Of a stretch of 64,000 nt of DNA, positions 31,954 to 42,380 are shown one piece after another (position 1 is the first letter of the stretch; each line of letters starts with the position of its first letter). The DNA is taken from the NCBI GenBank assembly GCA_963676835.2, contig CAXXFF010000002.1, forward strand, positions 1,632,001-1,696,000, in the 5' to 3' direction. The notes beneath the pieces were generated by a model that was not told the origin of the DNA, made no database searches, and was given only the letters and a program-made list of their open reading frames with translations. Origin of the DNA: Marispirochaeta sp. GTDB taxonomy: Bacteria > Spirochaetota > Spirochaetia > JC444 > Marispirochaetaceae. The translations under genes were made by a program, and so were the position numbers.

Positions 31954-34797
31954 ATGACAAAACCAGGTTTATATAAAGCCCTTTTCCTGATTTTTCTTGT
32001 GGGAGTCTTTTTTCAGAATCTTTATGCCCAGGAAGGTGCAGAACTTCTGTACCGTGAAGGCAGCTCCCGTTTTGAACGCGGTGATTATCAGGGAGCCGCT
32101 GAGCGTTATAACGATTTCCTGCGCAGGTTCCCGGGGAATGAACATTATCCCGATGCTCTGTATCGGCTGGGAATTGCAAAGATTAAAACAGAAAAGTACA
32201 GCGAAGGCATAGAACTGTTAAAGCGGCTTGAATCCAGATATCCCTCGGGACGATTCCGCTCAAGTTTCTGGATTGCCATGGCTTGCGATAAAACCGGTGA
32301 GGAACAGGAAGCCCGTGAATACTGGGACCGATATCTTGAAACCGGCGATACACTCTACAGAAAAGAAGCTCTTCTCTCTTCTGCCTATGCACGGCGGGAT
32401 ATGGCAAACATCGGGGAGTCTGAGAAACTGCTTTTAGAACTTCAGGTGCTTAATACCCGCTTTTTTACCACCGCCGGAGGTCTTGAACTTTTAGGTGATC
32501 TTTATGCCCGGGAAAATCGCTGGGATGATCTGGCTGCTCTCGGAGCAGATATGCTCTCTAATGGGGAAGATATTCCCCCCCGGTTTATGCTGCGTTACGG
32601 GGAATCCCTCAGTACAGTGGGTAACGCGGAAAAAGCCGAGGAGGTGTTTGTCGCCATAACCCTGGGGCCGGGGTCTGAAGTTCAGGCCGCAGCCTACGGC
32701 TGGCTTTTTTCTATTTACGAAGAGTCCGGACGTTATCAGGATATGGAGCAGATGATCCTGGATGCAGAAGAGCGTCTGGCCGGAGACAGACAGGCCCTGG
32801 CAGGATTCTGGTTCAGAGCCGGAGCTGTTCTTTCGGCGGGTGAAAATCCTGTCAGAGGATTGGGGTATCTCAAGCGGGCATGGGATGCCCGGAGTGAGGC
32901 TGATCTTCCCGGTACCCTGCCTGTTTTTTATGCCAGGGCATTGATGGAGTCCGGAGATATTGAAGAGGCAATAGGTATTCTGGAGACAGCCCGAACGGAA
33001 TCCTTTGGTGATCCTGTCCGGCTTGCCTACAATCTGGCAGTACTCAAGGCTACCCGCGGAAACTGGCTGGAGGCGGAAGCCTTGCTGACCCCTTTTGAGG
33101 AAAAACTTTCTCCCGCAGGATCGCTTCTGTTATCCAAAGCCTATATGAATCTTGGTCTGTATACAGCCGGCCTGCATACTGCAGGAGCTGCCATGGAGAG
33201 AGTGAGTTCTTCACAATGGCAGATAGAGCTTCTTAATATTATCTGGCAGCTGCAGGCAACCATGGGACAGTATGACGGGGCAGTAAAAAGTTACGCCCAG
33301 ATGGTCCGCCTTGAAGGTGGTTCTAATGGTGACGAACCGGATCCGAAATATGCCCGGCTGTTATTCAATGCCGGACTGTATGATCAGGTTTTAAGAAAAC
33401 TGCCTGAGGAAAGTTCCGTCCCGGAAATTCAGGCCCTTCGCGGACTCTCGCTTGTCGGGACAGGTCAATATGCTGAAGCCCGTACTCTGCTTCAGGGGCT
33501 TTCATTAAAGGATCTGAGTGATGAGTATGCTGCTCTAACAGATTACTATATCTCCTGGTGCGCATACCGCCTTGGTGATTATAACGCCGCACTCTCGGGT
33601 TTTAATAAATTCCGGCAGCTCCATCCCGATCACAGCAGCGCTCTTGAGGCTGTCTATTTCGGCGGCTGGGCTGCTTTTTCCATGAAGCGCTTTGCTGTCG
33701 CCGCAGAGATGTTCGGAGAGTACCCTCAGAGCGGTCCAAGAATAGGAGATGTTCTTTTTGCCCGTGCCAAAGCTCTTGCCGCCGCAGGAAATGACGGCGA
33801 GGCTCTTCTCCTGGCGGAAAAGTATCTTGCCGGTATGGAAGACAAAGATAAACGGGCGGAAGCTCTCTACCTTATTTTTGAGATTAACCTGGAAAATAGT
33901 GACTTCAGCGGTGCAGAAGAAACCCTTACCCGTTTTGAATCTGAAAATATACGCGGAACCTGGTATTCCCGCAGTCTTTACCGTCTGGGTAAAGCGGAGT
34001 TTGATGCGGAAATGTATCCCGCCAGTGCTGCAAGACTGGACCGGTATAGAAAGCTTTACCCCCGGGGGGATAATGCCGCGGAGGTTCTCTACTACCGGGC
34101 TGAAGCAGCGGTTGCCATGAATGAAGTGCGGCTTGCTCTTCTGCTCTGGGACCGTATGATAAAAGAGTATCCCGACAGCAGGCTGCGGCCGGAAGCGCTC
34201 TCAAGGCGGGCGGGTATTCTTGTCTCGCTGGGTGAGTACCGTGAAGCCCTTAATGCCTATTCGAGCCTGATCGCAGGGTATCCCGCCCGTGCATCTTCCC
34301 TGGGAGCAGGAGAAGAGGTAAAGCGTCTGGAAGCTCTGCTGGTGGCAGCTTCATCCGAATTTGAACGCTTAAGAAAAGAGGCTGCCCGTGCCGGTGGCAC
34401 TGATTCTGTGGAAGGTCGTAATCTGCTCATACAGGCGGTTCACAGCGCCATTGCTGAAGGCAGGGCAGAAGAGTTTACCGAGGCAGACAATGTTGTGCAG
34501 GAACTGATGGAAGTGGAATCGGTGAACAGCCGGGAAAAAAGCAGCATTCTTTTTCTTGCCGGCGAATACCGGTTTCGGCAGAACGAATACAAGCAGGCAG
34601 CGTCTCTCTATCTTGAGGCAGCATCGACCTATACCGCAGACCCCGATTTTACCGCGGAAGCACTCTACCGCTCGGCCCAGATGTCTCTCTATGCGGGAGA
34701 CAGGCTCAGTTATCTCTCTGTCCTTGACAGGTTGAGACAGCGATACCCTGATAGCCCGTGGCTTGAGGCTGCGCAGAAACTGGAGGGACAGCTGTGA
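31954..34797 (+). CDS. Secreted multi-TPR protein with BamD/CpoB-like repeats (start ATG 31954 or TTG 31945)
   Basis: Signal peptide ending LYA-Q; repeated ...YPxS/xxAxEALY helical hairpins. Confidence 0.88.
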   Translation: MTKPGLYKALFLIFLVGVFFQNLYAQEGAELLYREGSSRFERGDYQGAAERYNDFLRRFPGNEHYPDALYRLGIAKIKTEKYSEGIELLKRLESRYPSGRFRSSFWIAMACDKTGEEQEAREYWDRYLETGDTLYRKEALLSSAYARRDMANIGESEKLLLELQVLNTRFFTTAGGLELLGDLYARENRWDDLAALGADMLSNGEDIPPRFMLRYGESLSTVGNAEKAEEVFVAITLGPGSEVQAAAYGWLFSIYEESGRYQDMEQMILDAEERLAGDRQALAGFWFRAGAVLSAGENPVRGLGYLKRAWDARSEADLPGTLPVFYARALMESGDIEEAIGILETARTESFGDPVRLAYNLAVLKATRGNWLEAEALLTPFEEKLSPAGSLLLSKAYMNLGLYTAGLHTAGAAMERVSSSQWQIELLNIIWQLQATMGQYDGAVKSYAQMVRLEGGSNGDEPDPKYARLLFNAGLYDQVLRKLPEESSVPEIQALRGLSLVGTGQYAEARTLLQGLSLKDLSDEYAALTDYYISWCAYRLGDYNAALSGFNKFRQLHPDHSSALEAVYFGGWAAFSMKRFAVAAEMFGEYPQSGPRIGDVLFARAKALAAAGNDGEALLLAEKYLAGMEDKDKRAEALYLIFEINLENSDFSGAEETLTRFESENIRGTWYSRSLYRLGKAEFDAEMYPASAARLDRYRKLYPRGDNAAEVLYYRAEAAVAMNEVRLALLLWDRMIKEYPDSRLRPEALSRRAGILVSLGEYREALNAYSSLIAGYPARASSLGAGEEVKRLEALLVAASSEFERLRKEAARAGGTDSVEGRNLLIQAVHSAIAEGRAEEFTEADNVVQELMEVESVNSREKSSILFLAGEYRFRQNEYKQAASLYLEAASTYTADPDFTAEALYRSAQMSLYAGDRLSYLSVLDRLRQRYPDSPWLEAAQKLEGQL

Positions 34798-36377
34798 TGC
34801 GTAAAATACTCCTGGCCTTTGGCTGCTTATGTATACTTTCATTAAGTCTTTATTCCCAGCAGGCAGCACAGGATGAACCCGAAGTGGAACTGCCCGAGCT
34901 GATTCTTCGCTTCGACGGTTCCTATACGGAGGAGCTTCCGCTGCTTGATATCTCCACCGATGAGGTTCTTCAGCCTGGGAAGCTCGAAGATCTGGAGATG
35001 ATTCCCGATATCAGCGCCCGGAACTTTGATCCGGTTCTACCGGTTCCGGATTACCAGACTCTGCCCTATGGTGCCGATGGTGCTCCTCTTTTCGGCAGGG
35101 GCTATATCGGTCTCGGATCGGCAAACTCTCTCTGGGGCGAGGTTGAAATTGCCACCCTGGGAACTGATCCGGGGTTCGGCCTCTCATATGCCCATAAATC
35201 TCTCGATGGTTTCGGTGCGGCAGCTCCCGGTGAAGGTTTTACCGTACGCAGGGAGGAGGCTCGCGGGGAAGCAGACTACTCGCTGCTCGGCGGTTCTTTC
35301 AGCTTTGACGGTACATTTATCGAGGAAGAGCGGGGACTGCAGCAGCAGAGCAGTTTTTCTTCAACCCTCTACCGGGATCTTGGAATACGTCTGGGCTATG
35401 ATTATTCCGCAGAGACCGGCTGGTTCTGGAACGCTGATGCCGCGTTAAGCGGGCTCTATCAGAACCTTTCCGGGATAAGTCCCGAAGATAATACACATAT
35501 GGAGTTCCGTCCCGCTGCCGAAGGTGGATATGCCTGGGATTTCCTGCGGCTTGGTCTCGGGGGTGTATACAACCTCCGCAGCAGCTCCGAAGGGGAGGCC
35601 GGCCAGTTTGCTCAAGCCCTGCTTTCTCTTGAGACGGATATTAACCCAAGTGTAGGGATTGCAGCCGAAGTTGGTGCCGGCTGGAACAGTGACGCCGGTA
35701 TAGGCGTTCCATTTACCCTCAGGGGAACCTTCGGAATCTCCCGCAGCCTTACCATGGAAGCATCGGGAGGTTATTATTTTCATCCCGCTGAATACTCGCC
35801 TCTTTTCGCTGAAAATTCCTTCCTCAGGCTTCCGGATGATTCTCTGGGTGTGGAAAAGGGGTGGGAAGCTGATCTCTCTTTCAGATTCCGCATCGGTACA
35901 GGGAAGTATCTAACCCTTGCCAGCGGTTTTACCAATGGTTCACTGTACCGGCCCTCCTCAATTTACGACCCGGCATCGCATCTGCTTATGGTGGAGCTCC
36001 AGGATACTGCCGAGTTTACTCCCCGGGGCAGACTTGATTTTTCACTGGGAGAAGCATTTTTTGCCGGAATTCAGTCGGAACTGCGATATGATTACCTTGA
36101 GGCAAGTATAGAGGAGGCAGAGGCGGAGTTTTCCCTCCGGACAGATTCTCCCACTGCCCATACCGGCTTCAGTTTTGACGCTGCGGTGGATCTGCTCACC
36201 CTGGACAGTATGCCGGTGCTGGGGGCATCTGCCTGGCTTGAACCGATAGACAGTGTTCGCTTTATTCTGCAGGGGGAAGATTTTCTTGCTCCCCTGGTAA
36301 AGGATGGAAGAATCGATGATTCTGGTCTTGAACTGCCGGGAATCACTCTTCGTCTGGCGGCGGAAATAAGTCTTTAA
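34794..36377 (+). CDS. Putative outer-membrane beta-barrel protein (TonB-receptor-like, short)
   Basis: Signal peptide, G/aromatic-rich amphipathic strands, C-terminal strand ITLRLAAEISL; overlaps the TPR gene stop. Confidence 0.7.
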   Translation: MMRKILLAFGCLCILSLSLYSQQAAQDEPEVELPELILRFDGSYTEELPLLDISTDEVLQPGKLEDLEMIPDISARNFDPVLPVPDYQTLPYGADGAPLFGRGYIGLGSANSLWGEVEIATLGTDPGFGLSYAHKSLDGFGAAAPGEGFTVRREEARGEADYSLLGGSFSFDGTFIEEERGLQQQSSFSSTLYRDLGIRLGYDYSAETGWFWNADAALSGLYQNLSGISPEDNTHMEFRPAAEGGYAWDFLRLGLGGVYNLRSSSEGEAGQFAQALLSLETDINPSVGIAAEVGAGWNSDAGIGVPFTLRGTFGISRSLTMEASGGYYFHPAEYSPLFAENSFLRLPDDSLGVEKGWEADLSFRFRIGTGKYLTLASGFTNGSLYRPSSIYDPASHLLMVELQDTAEFTPRGRLDFSLGEAFFAGIQSELRYDYLEASIEEAEAEFSLRTDSPTAHTGFSFDAAVDLLTLDSMPVLGASAWLEPIDSVRFILQGEDFLAPLVKDGRIDDSGLELPGITLRLAAEISL

Positions 36378-36418
36378 CGCGAATGAATGAGAAGAACGGA
36401 TAAAAGAAGGAATAACGA

Positions 36419-37033
36419 ATGAACAGTTTTATGAGTCTTATGCAGGACGGCGGTCTGATTCTCTGGATAATTATGGCGTTATCCCTGGCTGCGGGGGCAA
36501 TAATTATCGAAAGGATGCTCTTTTTCAGACGCATTCGGGTTGATGAAGAGACTCTTCTGTCCCGCCTAAAGATGACCCTGCAGAAAGGGCATGCCGATGA
36601 AGCCCTCAGCATATGTGAAAGTAACCCTTCACCGTTAACCAACCTGGTTAAAGTGGGAATAGAAAACCGGCACAAAACCACGGGAGAGATTAAAGATCTG
36701 GTTGTAAGTGCAGCTAATCTGGAAATCCCCCAGCTGGAACGCTCTTTGAGCGCTCTGGGCACCATTGCCCATATTGCTCCGCTTCTGGGGCTCCTGGGTA
36801 CGGTAACCGGAAACATAGAGGCCTTTGGTGTCCTCGGTGAGTTTGGTGCTGTTGGCGACCCGGGACTGCTGGCGTCGGGAATTGCAGAGGCCCTGGTTAC
36901 CACTGCAGCGGGACTTATTGTCTCTATTCCTGCTATTGTTTTCTACAACCACCTGGTAAGCCGGGTAAACCATATTATTATCCGCCTGGAAAACCGGGTT
37001 AACGAGCTGGTACTCTTTCTGGGAGAGGTCTGA
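36419..37033 (+). CDS. exbB: MotA/TolQ/ExbB proton channel protein
   Basis: APLLGLLGTVTG, GIAEALVTTAAGL. Confidence 0.93.
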   Translation: MNSFMSLMQDGGLILWIIMALSLAAGAIIIERMLFFRRIRVDEETLLSRLKMTLQKGHADEALSICESNPSPLTNLVKVGIENRHKTTGEIKDLVVSAANLEIPQLERSLSALGTIAHIAPLLGLLGTVTGNIEAFGVLGEFGAVGDPGLLASGIAEALVTTAAGLIVSIPAIVFYNHLVSRVNHIIIRLENRVNELVLFLGEV

Positions 37034-37434
37034 TGCAGTTCCGTAGGCGTCTGAAAACCAATGCCACCGTGGATCTGGTTCCCATGATCGATGTTGTGTT
37101 TCAGCTCGTAATTTTCTTCATGGTCTCCACTACCTTCATACTCACTCCCGGGATCAACCTGGCTTTGCCGGAATCCACAACTGCTGAGCCCGTGGCGGCA
37201 GCAAAGATTGTCATAACCGTGGCTTCCGAAGAAGAGGTGTATCTCAACAAGGACAAGGTTGAACTGGAAAGCCTTGTGCCTCTGCTGAAAGAGATGCGGG
37301 GCGGTGCAGAAGAAGGCAGCGTCATTGTTGAAGGAGACCAGCAGGTTTCCTATTCACTGCTTATACGGGTGCTGGATGTACTGCGCTCCGCAGGATTTTC
37401 CGGTGCCAATCTGAGGACCCTGGAGCAGGATTAG
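37033..37434 (+). CDS. exbD: ExbD/TolR family protein
   Basis: DLVPMIDVVFQLVIFFMV with the conserved TM Asp; TGATG coupling to exbB. Confidence 0.94.
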   Translation: MQFRRRLKTNATVDLVPMIDVVFQLVIFFMVSTTFILTPGINLALPESTTAEPVAAAKIVITVASEEEVYLNKDKVELESLVPLLKEMRGGAEEGSVIVEGDQQVSYSLLIRVLDVLRSAGFSGANLRTLEQD

Positions 37435-37437
37435 GGC

Positions 37438-38424
37438 ATGACTCATTTGAATGCCGGAGAAAAGGAACGTATCCTCTTTGCCGCCGGAATTTCATTGCTG
37501 CTGCATTTTATTCTGGCAGCTGTGATTATGCTTATGCCCGGCAGCGCAATAAAACCAAGCCGGCCGGACTCACCGCCGATACATGTAGAGTTTGAACCGC
37601 TGGTGCGGACTGCAGAAATCCCGCTGCCCGAACCTCCCCGGGTGGAGGAGAAGATTGAAGAGGTAAGGCCGGAGGTTCCGGTTGACACACACACTGTACA
37701 GCCCAGACCGGTGCCCCAGCCGCAGCGGAACTCGAGTTCCGCCCTGTCTTCTACTGCTCCGGCAGCGCCCGGGCCGTCTGCGGCAGAGGAGTATCCTGCC
37801 TGGACTCCTCCGGAAGTTGAGGATGTTCAAACCAGTTTCAGCTCGGCACCTTCTGTCTCCTCCCAGGGTGGGCGCCAGCTTGACCCTTCCAGTTCATCCG
37901 ATTCGCAGGCTCTGCGGGGGACTACCGACCGCAATACCGGTGCTCTGGATGAGAGCCCCGTTGAAGTCTCCTCTCCATCAGGCAGTGCTGCTGCGGTTAT
38001 AAGTAATAAAGAGCTGGAAAAGCTGGATGAGGCAATCGCCGCCGGTGGATCCGGCAGTACCGGGACCGCCGGAAGTGCCTCCGGAGGGGTTGCCGAAGAA
38101 GAGAATGTAGGCGATATCCGTAATATTGTTTCCAAACTCAGTTATCGCGGGGCTCAGTATGCCGGTCCTCCCGCACCCACTGCGGATGTTGTGCAGGAGC
38201 TGCAGCAATACGGATTAACCACTGTCCCGGTGGAGATTTCCTTCACCATTTCTCCTGCGGGGATAATAACCGACTTGCAAACCTCCGCCGCTTCGATATA
38301 TCCTGCTCTGGACGCCTTTCTGAGGGATGAGCTGCCTGAGGTTCTTACTTTTGAGCCGCTGCCCCGGGAATCCCAGCATATCTGGCAGCAGGTTAATCTG
38401 GAACTGGTGGTCAAATCCAACTGA
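37438..38424 (+). CDS. TonB/TolA-like energy transducer
   Basis: TM with S-x3-H motif (SLLLH), Pro/Ser-rich spacer, C-terminal VEISFTISPAG; follows exbBD. Confidence 0.75.
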   Translation: MTHLNAGEKERILFAAGISLLLHFILAAVIMLMPGSAIKPSRPDSPPIHVEFEPLVRTAEIPLPEPPRVEEKIEEVRPEVPVDTHTVQPRPVPQPQRNSSSALSSTAPAAPGPSAAEEYPAWTPPEVEDVQTSFSSAPSVSSQGGRQLDPSSSSDSQALRGTTDRNTGALDESPVEVSSPSGSAAAVISNKELEKLDEAIAAGGSGSTGTAGSASGGVAEEENVGDIRNIVSKLSYRGAQYAGPPAPTADVVQELQQYGLTTVPVEISFTISPAGIITDLQTSAASIYPALDAFLRDELPEVLTFEPLPRESQHIWQQVNLELVVKSN

Positions 38425-38439
38425 TGCAAGCGATGGAAC

Positions 38440-39102
38440 ATGAAAATCCGCGGAGTAGCTTTTGACATAGACGGGACCCTGTACCCGAACCTTCATATGT
38501 ATCTGTTTTCTCTTATCCCCGGTCTCAAGCACCCAAGGCTCTCGCTTGCATTCGGCAGGGTGCGTAAAGAGATTCGCGAAATCCGGCCGGTGGACAATTT
38601 CCGGCATCTGCAGTCCCGTATGATTGCCGGATACCTTGGTACCACTCCGGAAAAGGCCTATGCCCTGGCGGAGAAATATCTCTACGACAGCTGGGCAATC
38701 TCCTATAAAGGACTTAAGGCCTATCCGGATGTACGGTCTGTTCTCGAAGAGTTCAAGTCCCGGGGACTGAAGCTTGCAGCCATGTCGGATTTTCCCATAC
38801 AGAACAAGTTTAAATATCTCGGTCTCACCGGTCTTTGGGATGCTGCATTTACCGCAGAAGATACCAACTATCTCAAACCCCACCCGGAGCCCTTTCAGCG
38901 TCTTATCGATGAACTTGATCTGCCTGCGGAGGAGATCCTCTATGTGGGCAACAGTTATTCCTACGATATCCTGGGAGGTAAAGGCGCAGGTATGCGCACC
39001 GCCCATTTAAGCCGCCGTCCCCACAGAGACAGCGTTGCGGACTTTACCTTTTTTCGCTATATGGACTTACGGGATTTCGTTTTTGATCATATTGGGGTAT
39101 AA
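38440..39102 (+). CDS. HAD-superfamily hydrolase
   Basis: FDIDGTLY, KPHP, YVGNSYSYD. Confidence 0.92.
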   Translation: MKIRGVAFDIDGTLYPNLHMYLFSLIPGLKHPRLSLAFGRVRKEIREIRPVDNFRHLQSRMIAGYLGTTPEKAYALAEKYLYDSWAISYKGLKAYPDVRSVLEEFKSRGLKLAAMSDFPIQNKFKYLGLTGLWDAAFTAEDTNYLKPHPEPFQRLIDELDLPAEEILYVGNSYSYDILGGKGAGMRTAHLSRRPHRDSVADFTFFRYMDLRDFVFDHIGV

Positions 39103-39140
39103 TTACTCCGGGTCAATAGAAAAAAACTGGGAGTGGGGCA

Positions 39141-42100
39141 ATGCTATTCGACTCTTTTTTTCAGGCGGGTAATGTACTAACCCTTGCGATAGTACTGATA
39201 ATTCTCGCTGTTTACCGTCAGTTAGACAAAGATAACCGGTCTCTGGAGAAGGTGAAGAAATTTGCCGACCGCATGAAGGACGAAATAGGCGCCTATGTGG
39301 ACGACAAGAGCCGGGATATGCAGAACCTCGCCATAGAGCTGGATGTTCATCAGAAAACCGCCAAAGAAATTCTTTCCCGCCTCAACAGTGCCGAATCTGC
39401 TCTGGCAGAACGTTCCGGTGCCTTTGAAGAGGTGAGCGCTCATATCGCCGGCTATGATGCGGCTCTTAAAGAGCTGGGGGAAATGACCGGCAAGGTTGAG
39501 GAGAATCTCAAGCGTATCGCCTCTGAATCAGAGTTTGTGGATACCGTTGCCCGCAGGGTAAAAGCTGTGGCCGGGCAGCTCTCGGAACTTGAAAAAAATG
39601 CCCCCCAGATTGAAACACGTCTGCAGGATGAAAGCCGCAAGATTCTTGAAAATCTTAAAGAGGAAATTATCCGGGGTGTTTTTGATGAACTCGGCAGACT
39701 TAAAAAAGAGATGCGGGAGACCGGCTCCAGGGTTGATGAGTTTGCAGAGTCTGTCCGCAGTCTCAAGGAAGAGCAGAGTGACCTTGAGCGGGATACCATT
39801 GAATCCCTGAAAAACTCCGCTGAAGAGCTGCGGCAGGATCTTGACCGTACCAAAGGCAGCCTTGAAGAGGAATTCGAAGCAAAACTCTCTTCCCTGGGGG
39901 ATAGTGCCGAGAAGGATATCCTTGACCGCATTAACAGAGCAGCTGAATCCGGGCGTAATCTGGAAAGCGAAGTTCTGGAATCGCTTCGGGATTATATCGA
40001 AAACCGGGTGGGAGAGGTAAAAGCCGAAACCGCCGCCTGGAAGGTGAGCGCCGAACGCAGTATGGAAGAGCAGCAGGCTGGTCTCGGCCGCTCCCTCGAT
40101 AATCTGGAACAACTTTTTAACGGGGTAAAAACAGAGAGTGAAGGGTGGAAAAGCGAGGCCGAAACGGCTCTCGAAGGACACCGCCTGGGAATGCAGAAGA
40201 AACTTGCCGATCTTGAAACCCGTCTGCTTGAATATGAAGAAGATACAGGATACCGCTTTTCCCGGATCGAAGAGATTACCAGAGATATGGACCAGTTGGA
40301 GGAAAACCTCAAGGGATCCATGGACAGGGTTTCCGCCAGAATCCGCAAGGAGTTTGCCGACTTCTCTGCAGTATTAACCACCGAACGGGAAGCTGAGCGC
40401 CAGCAGGCTGAAGAGGAACTCAAATCCATCCATGCAGCCATGGGCCAGCTTGAAGAGGAGATCAATGCTCTCAAGGCAAAGGCCTACGACAGCATCAGCG
40501 AAAATCTCAAGCTTATGGAAGATGATTTCTTCTCCGACCTTCGGACCCGCAGTGCTGCCATGCAGGAACAGTTTCAGGATTGGCGGGAAAAAGTCCGGGA
40601 AAATCTGGATACTCTGGCCCAGGAATCTGAAAACCGCAGGAGTGATGTGGAGGAGCAGTACCGGGTAGATCTTGATCAGCGGCTCAATACCGTGAGGGAA
40701 GAGATAACCGGTCAGCTTGAATCCATGAGCGGTGAAGTGAACCAGTTCTATCAGCGGATGCAGCAGCAGATAGCCGGAACCGAGACGGACATGAAGTCCC
40801 TGGAGGATGCTATCCGCCAGGATGTTGAGGAAGCCCGCCGTCAGTCCCGGGCCTCTTTTGAGACAATCTTTACCGAGCATGATACCTCCATCAAGGATCA
40901 GGTAAAGAGAAACGAACGGGAGTTTCAGGCAGAGCTCAAACGTATCGGCGATGAACTTGGAACCGGGCGCAAGGAGCTGACCTCTCTGCTTGAAGCGGCA
41001 AAATCGGATGTTACTGTCTGGCAGGCTCAGGTTCTTCAGCAGCTGAAAGAGGCGGAAGCGGAGCTTGCGGAGGATCTCTCGGGCTTCAAGCTTTCCACAA
41101 AAGAGAATACCGCCGAACTGGTTAAAACCTATTCCGAAGAACAGGAAGAGCTGGTGCAGAACAGCCAGGCGGAACGGGCCCGTATTCGTAATGAGATAAA
41201 AAGCCTTAGTGAATCTGTTTTGGAGCTGCAGAATGAGCTGCGGAAGCGTTCTGAAGAGTCTCTGGACAGACATTCCCGGGATTCCGAAGAGGCCCTGACT
41301 GAATTTCAGCGCCGTTCCAGAGAACTCCTTTCTGAGTCCGATGAAACTCTTAAGGAGTTCAGGGTATCCGCTGCAGATATCAAGGATAAGGTTGAGACAG
41401 TTCAGACCAAACTCTTTGGCAAGATAGATGATCAGTACAAGATTCTCACCGTAAAGCTCCAGGAAATAGACAAGCGTCAGAAGAACTTTGTTGAGCAGAC
41501 CAAGATTTTTGACCGTGCGGATTCCCTGAAAACCAGCCTTGAGGAGACTCTGGAAGACCTGAAGTCTGAAATTGCCAGGGTCGATGCCATGAGCAAGGAG
41601 ATCAAGGAGTCAGAGCGTAAATTTGTCAAGGTTCAGAAACTCGGCGAAGAGGTGGGTGCCAAGTTTACCCGCTTCCTCAGTGAGCGGGGCAGAATCGAAG
41701 AGATGGAAGGAGACTTCAAAAAGCTTATAAACCTTTCCCAGGCAATTGATCTCAAGCTCAATGATGTCACTACCTCTCATGATACTCTCACTTCGCTGCA
41801 GGCACAGCTCAGGCAGCTTGAAGATGTGCAGAAAGAGGTTGATCTCAAGTTCGAACGCCTTGAGAGCAAGGGGAATGTTCTGGATGCAACCGCCGCTGGT
41901 GTGGATAAGAACTTTCAGTCTCTGGAAGAGCTGGAAGGCCGGGTTAAAGAGATTACCGGGCAGATTTCCGGACTGCCCAGGGGAATTGAGTCCATTAGAC
42001 AGGAGATTGCACAGCTTTCCGCCAACAAGGACCGGGCCGATGAGGCCATGGAAAAGCTTGAAGCTCTTGATGGTGTTCTTAGGGATATTGAAGAGCGATC

Positions 42101-42380
42101 CGGAAAAATGCAGCAGGCCCGGGAGTGGCTTGCCCGAACGGAAACCCGGCTGCAGGAAGTTGGAAAACAGGCTCAGGAGCAGGTCAAGCTCCTTGGTTCC
42201 ATAATGAAGGAAGAGACCCGCCGGGGAACCAAAGAGAAGGGCGCTCCCAACCTTGGGGCCCGCGAAGTGGTTACCAAGCTTGCTCACCAGGGCTGGTCCG
42301 TGGAAGAGATTGCCCGGGCAACCAAGCTCAGCCGCGGTGAGGTTGAGCTTATTCTGGAGCTTCTTCCCAAAAAAGGCTGA
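39141..42380 (+). CDS. Spirochaete-type giant coiled-coil protein with N-terminal TM and C-terminal HTH-like end
   Basis: TM then RQLDKDNRSLEKVK, about 1000 aa heptad-rich, C-terminal WSVEEIARATKLSRGEVELILEL. Confidence 0.85.
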   Translation: MLFDSFFQAGNVLTLAIVLIILAVYRQLDKDNRSLEKVKKFADRMKDEIGAYVDDKSRDMQNLAIELDVHQKTAKEILSRLNSAESALAERSGAFEEVSAHIAGYDAALKELGEMTGKVEENLKRIASESEFVDTVARRVKAVAGQLSELEKNAPQIETRLQDESRKILENLKEEIIRGVFDELGRLKKEMRETGSRVDEFAESVRSLKEEQSDLERDTIESLKNSAEELRQDLDRTKGSLEEEFEAKLSSLGDSAEKDILDRINRAAESGRNLESEVLESLRDYIENRVGEVKAETAAWKVSAERSMEEQQAGLGRSLDNLEQLFNGVKTESEGWKSEAETALEGHRLGMQKKLADLETRLLEYEEDTGYRFSRIEEITRDMDQLEENLKGSMDRVSARIRKEFADFSAVLTTEREAERQQAEEELKSIHAAMGQLEEEINALKAKAYDSISENLKLMEDDFFSDLRTRSAAMQEQFQDWREKVRENLDTLAQESENRRSDVEEQYRVDLDQRLNTVREEITGQLESMSGEVNQFYQRMQQQIAGTETDMKSLEDAIRQDVEEARRQSRASFETIFTEHDTSIKDQVKRNEREFQAELKRIGDELGTGRKELTSLLEAAKSDVTVWQAQVLQQLKEAEAELAEDLSGFKLSTKENTAELVKTYSEEQEELVQNSQAERARIRNEIKSLSESVLELQNELRKRSEESLDRHSRDSEEALTEFQRRSRELLSESDETLKEFRVSAADIKDKVETVQTKLFGKIDDQYKILTVKLQEIDKRQKNFVEQTKIFDRADSLKTSLEETLEDLKSEIARVDAMSKEIKESERKFVKVQKLGEEVGAKFTRFLSERGRIEEMEGDFKKLINLSQAIDLKLNDVTTSHDTLTSLQAQLRQLEDVQKEVDLKFERLESKGNVLDATAAGVDKNFQSLEELEGRVKEITGQISGLPRGIESIRQEIAQLSANKDRADEAMEKLEALDGVLRDIEERSGKMQQAREWLARTETRLQEVGKQAQEQVKLLGSIMKEETRRGTKEKGAPNLGAREVVTKLAHQGWSVEEIARATKLSRGEVELILELLPKKG

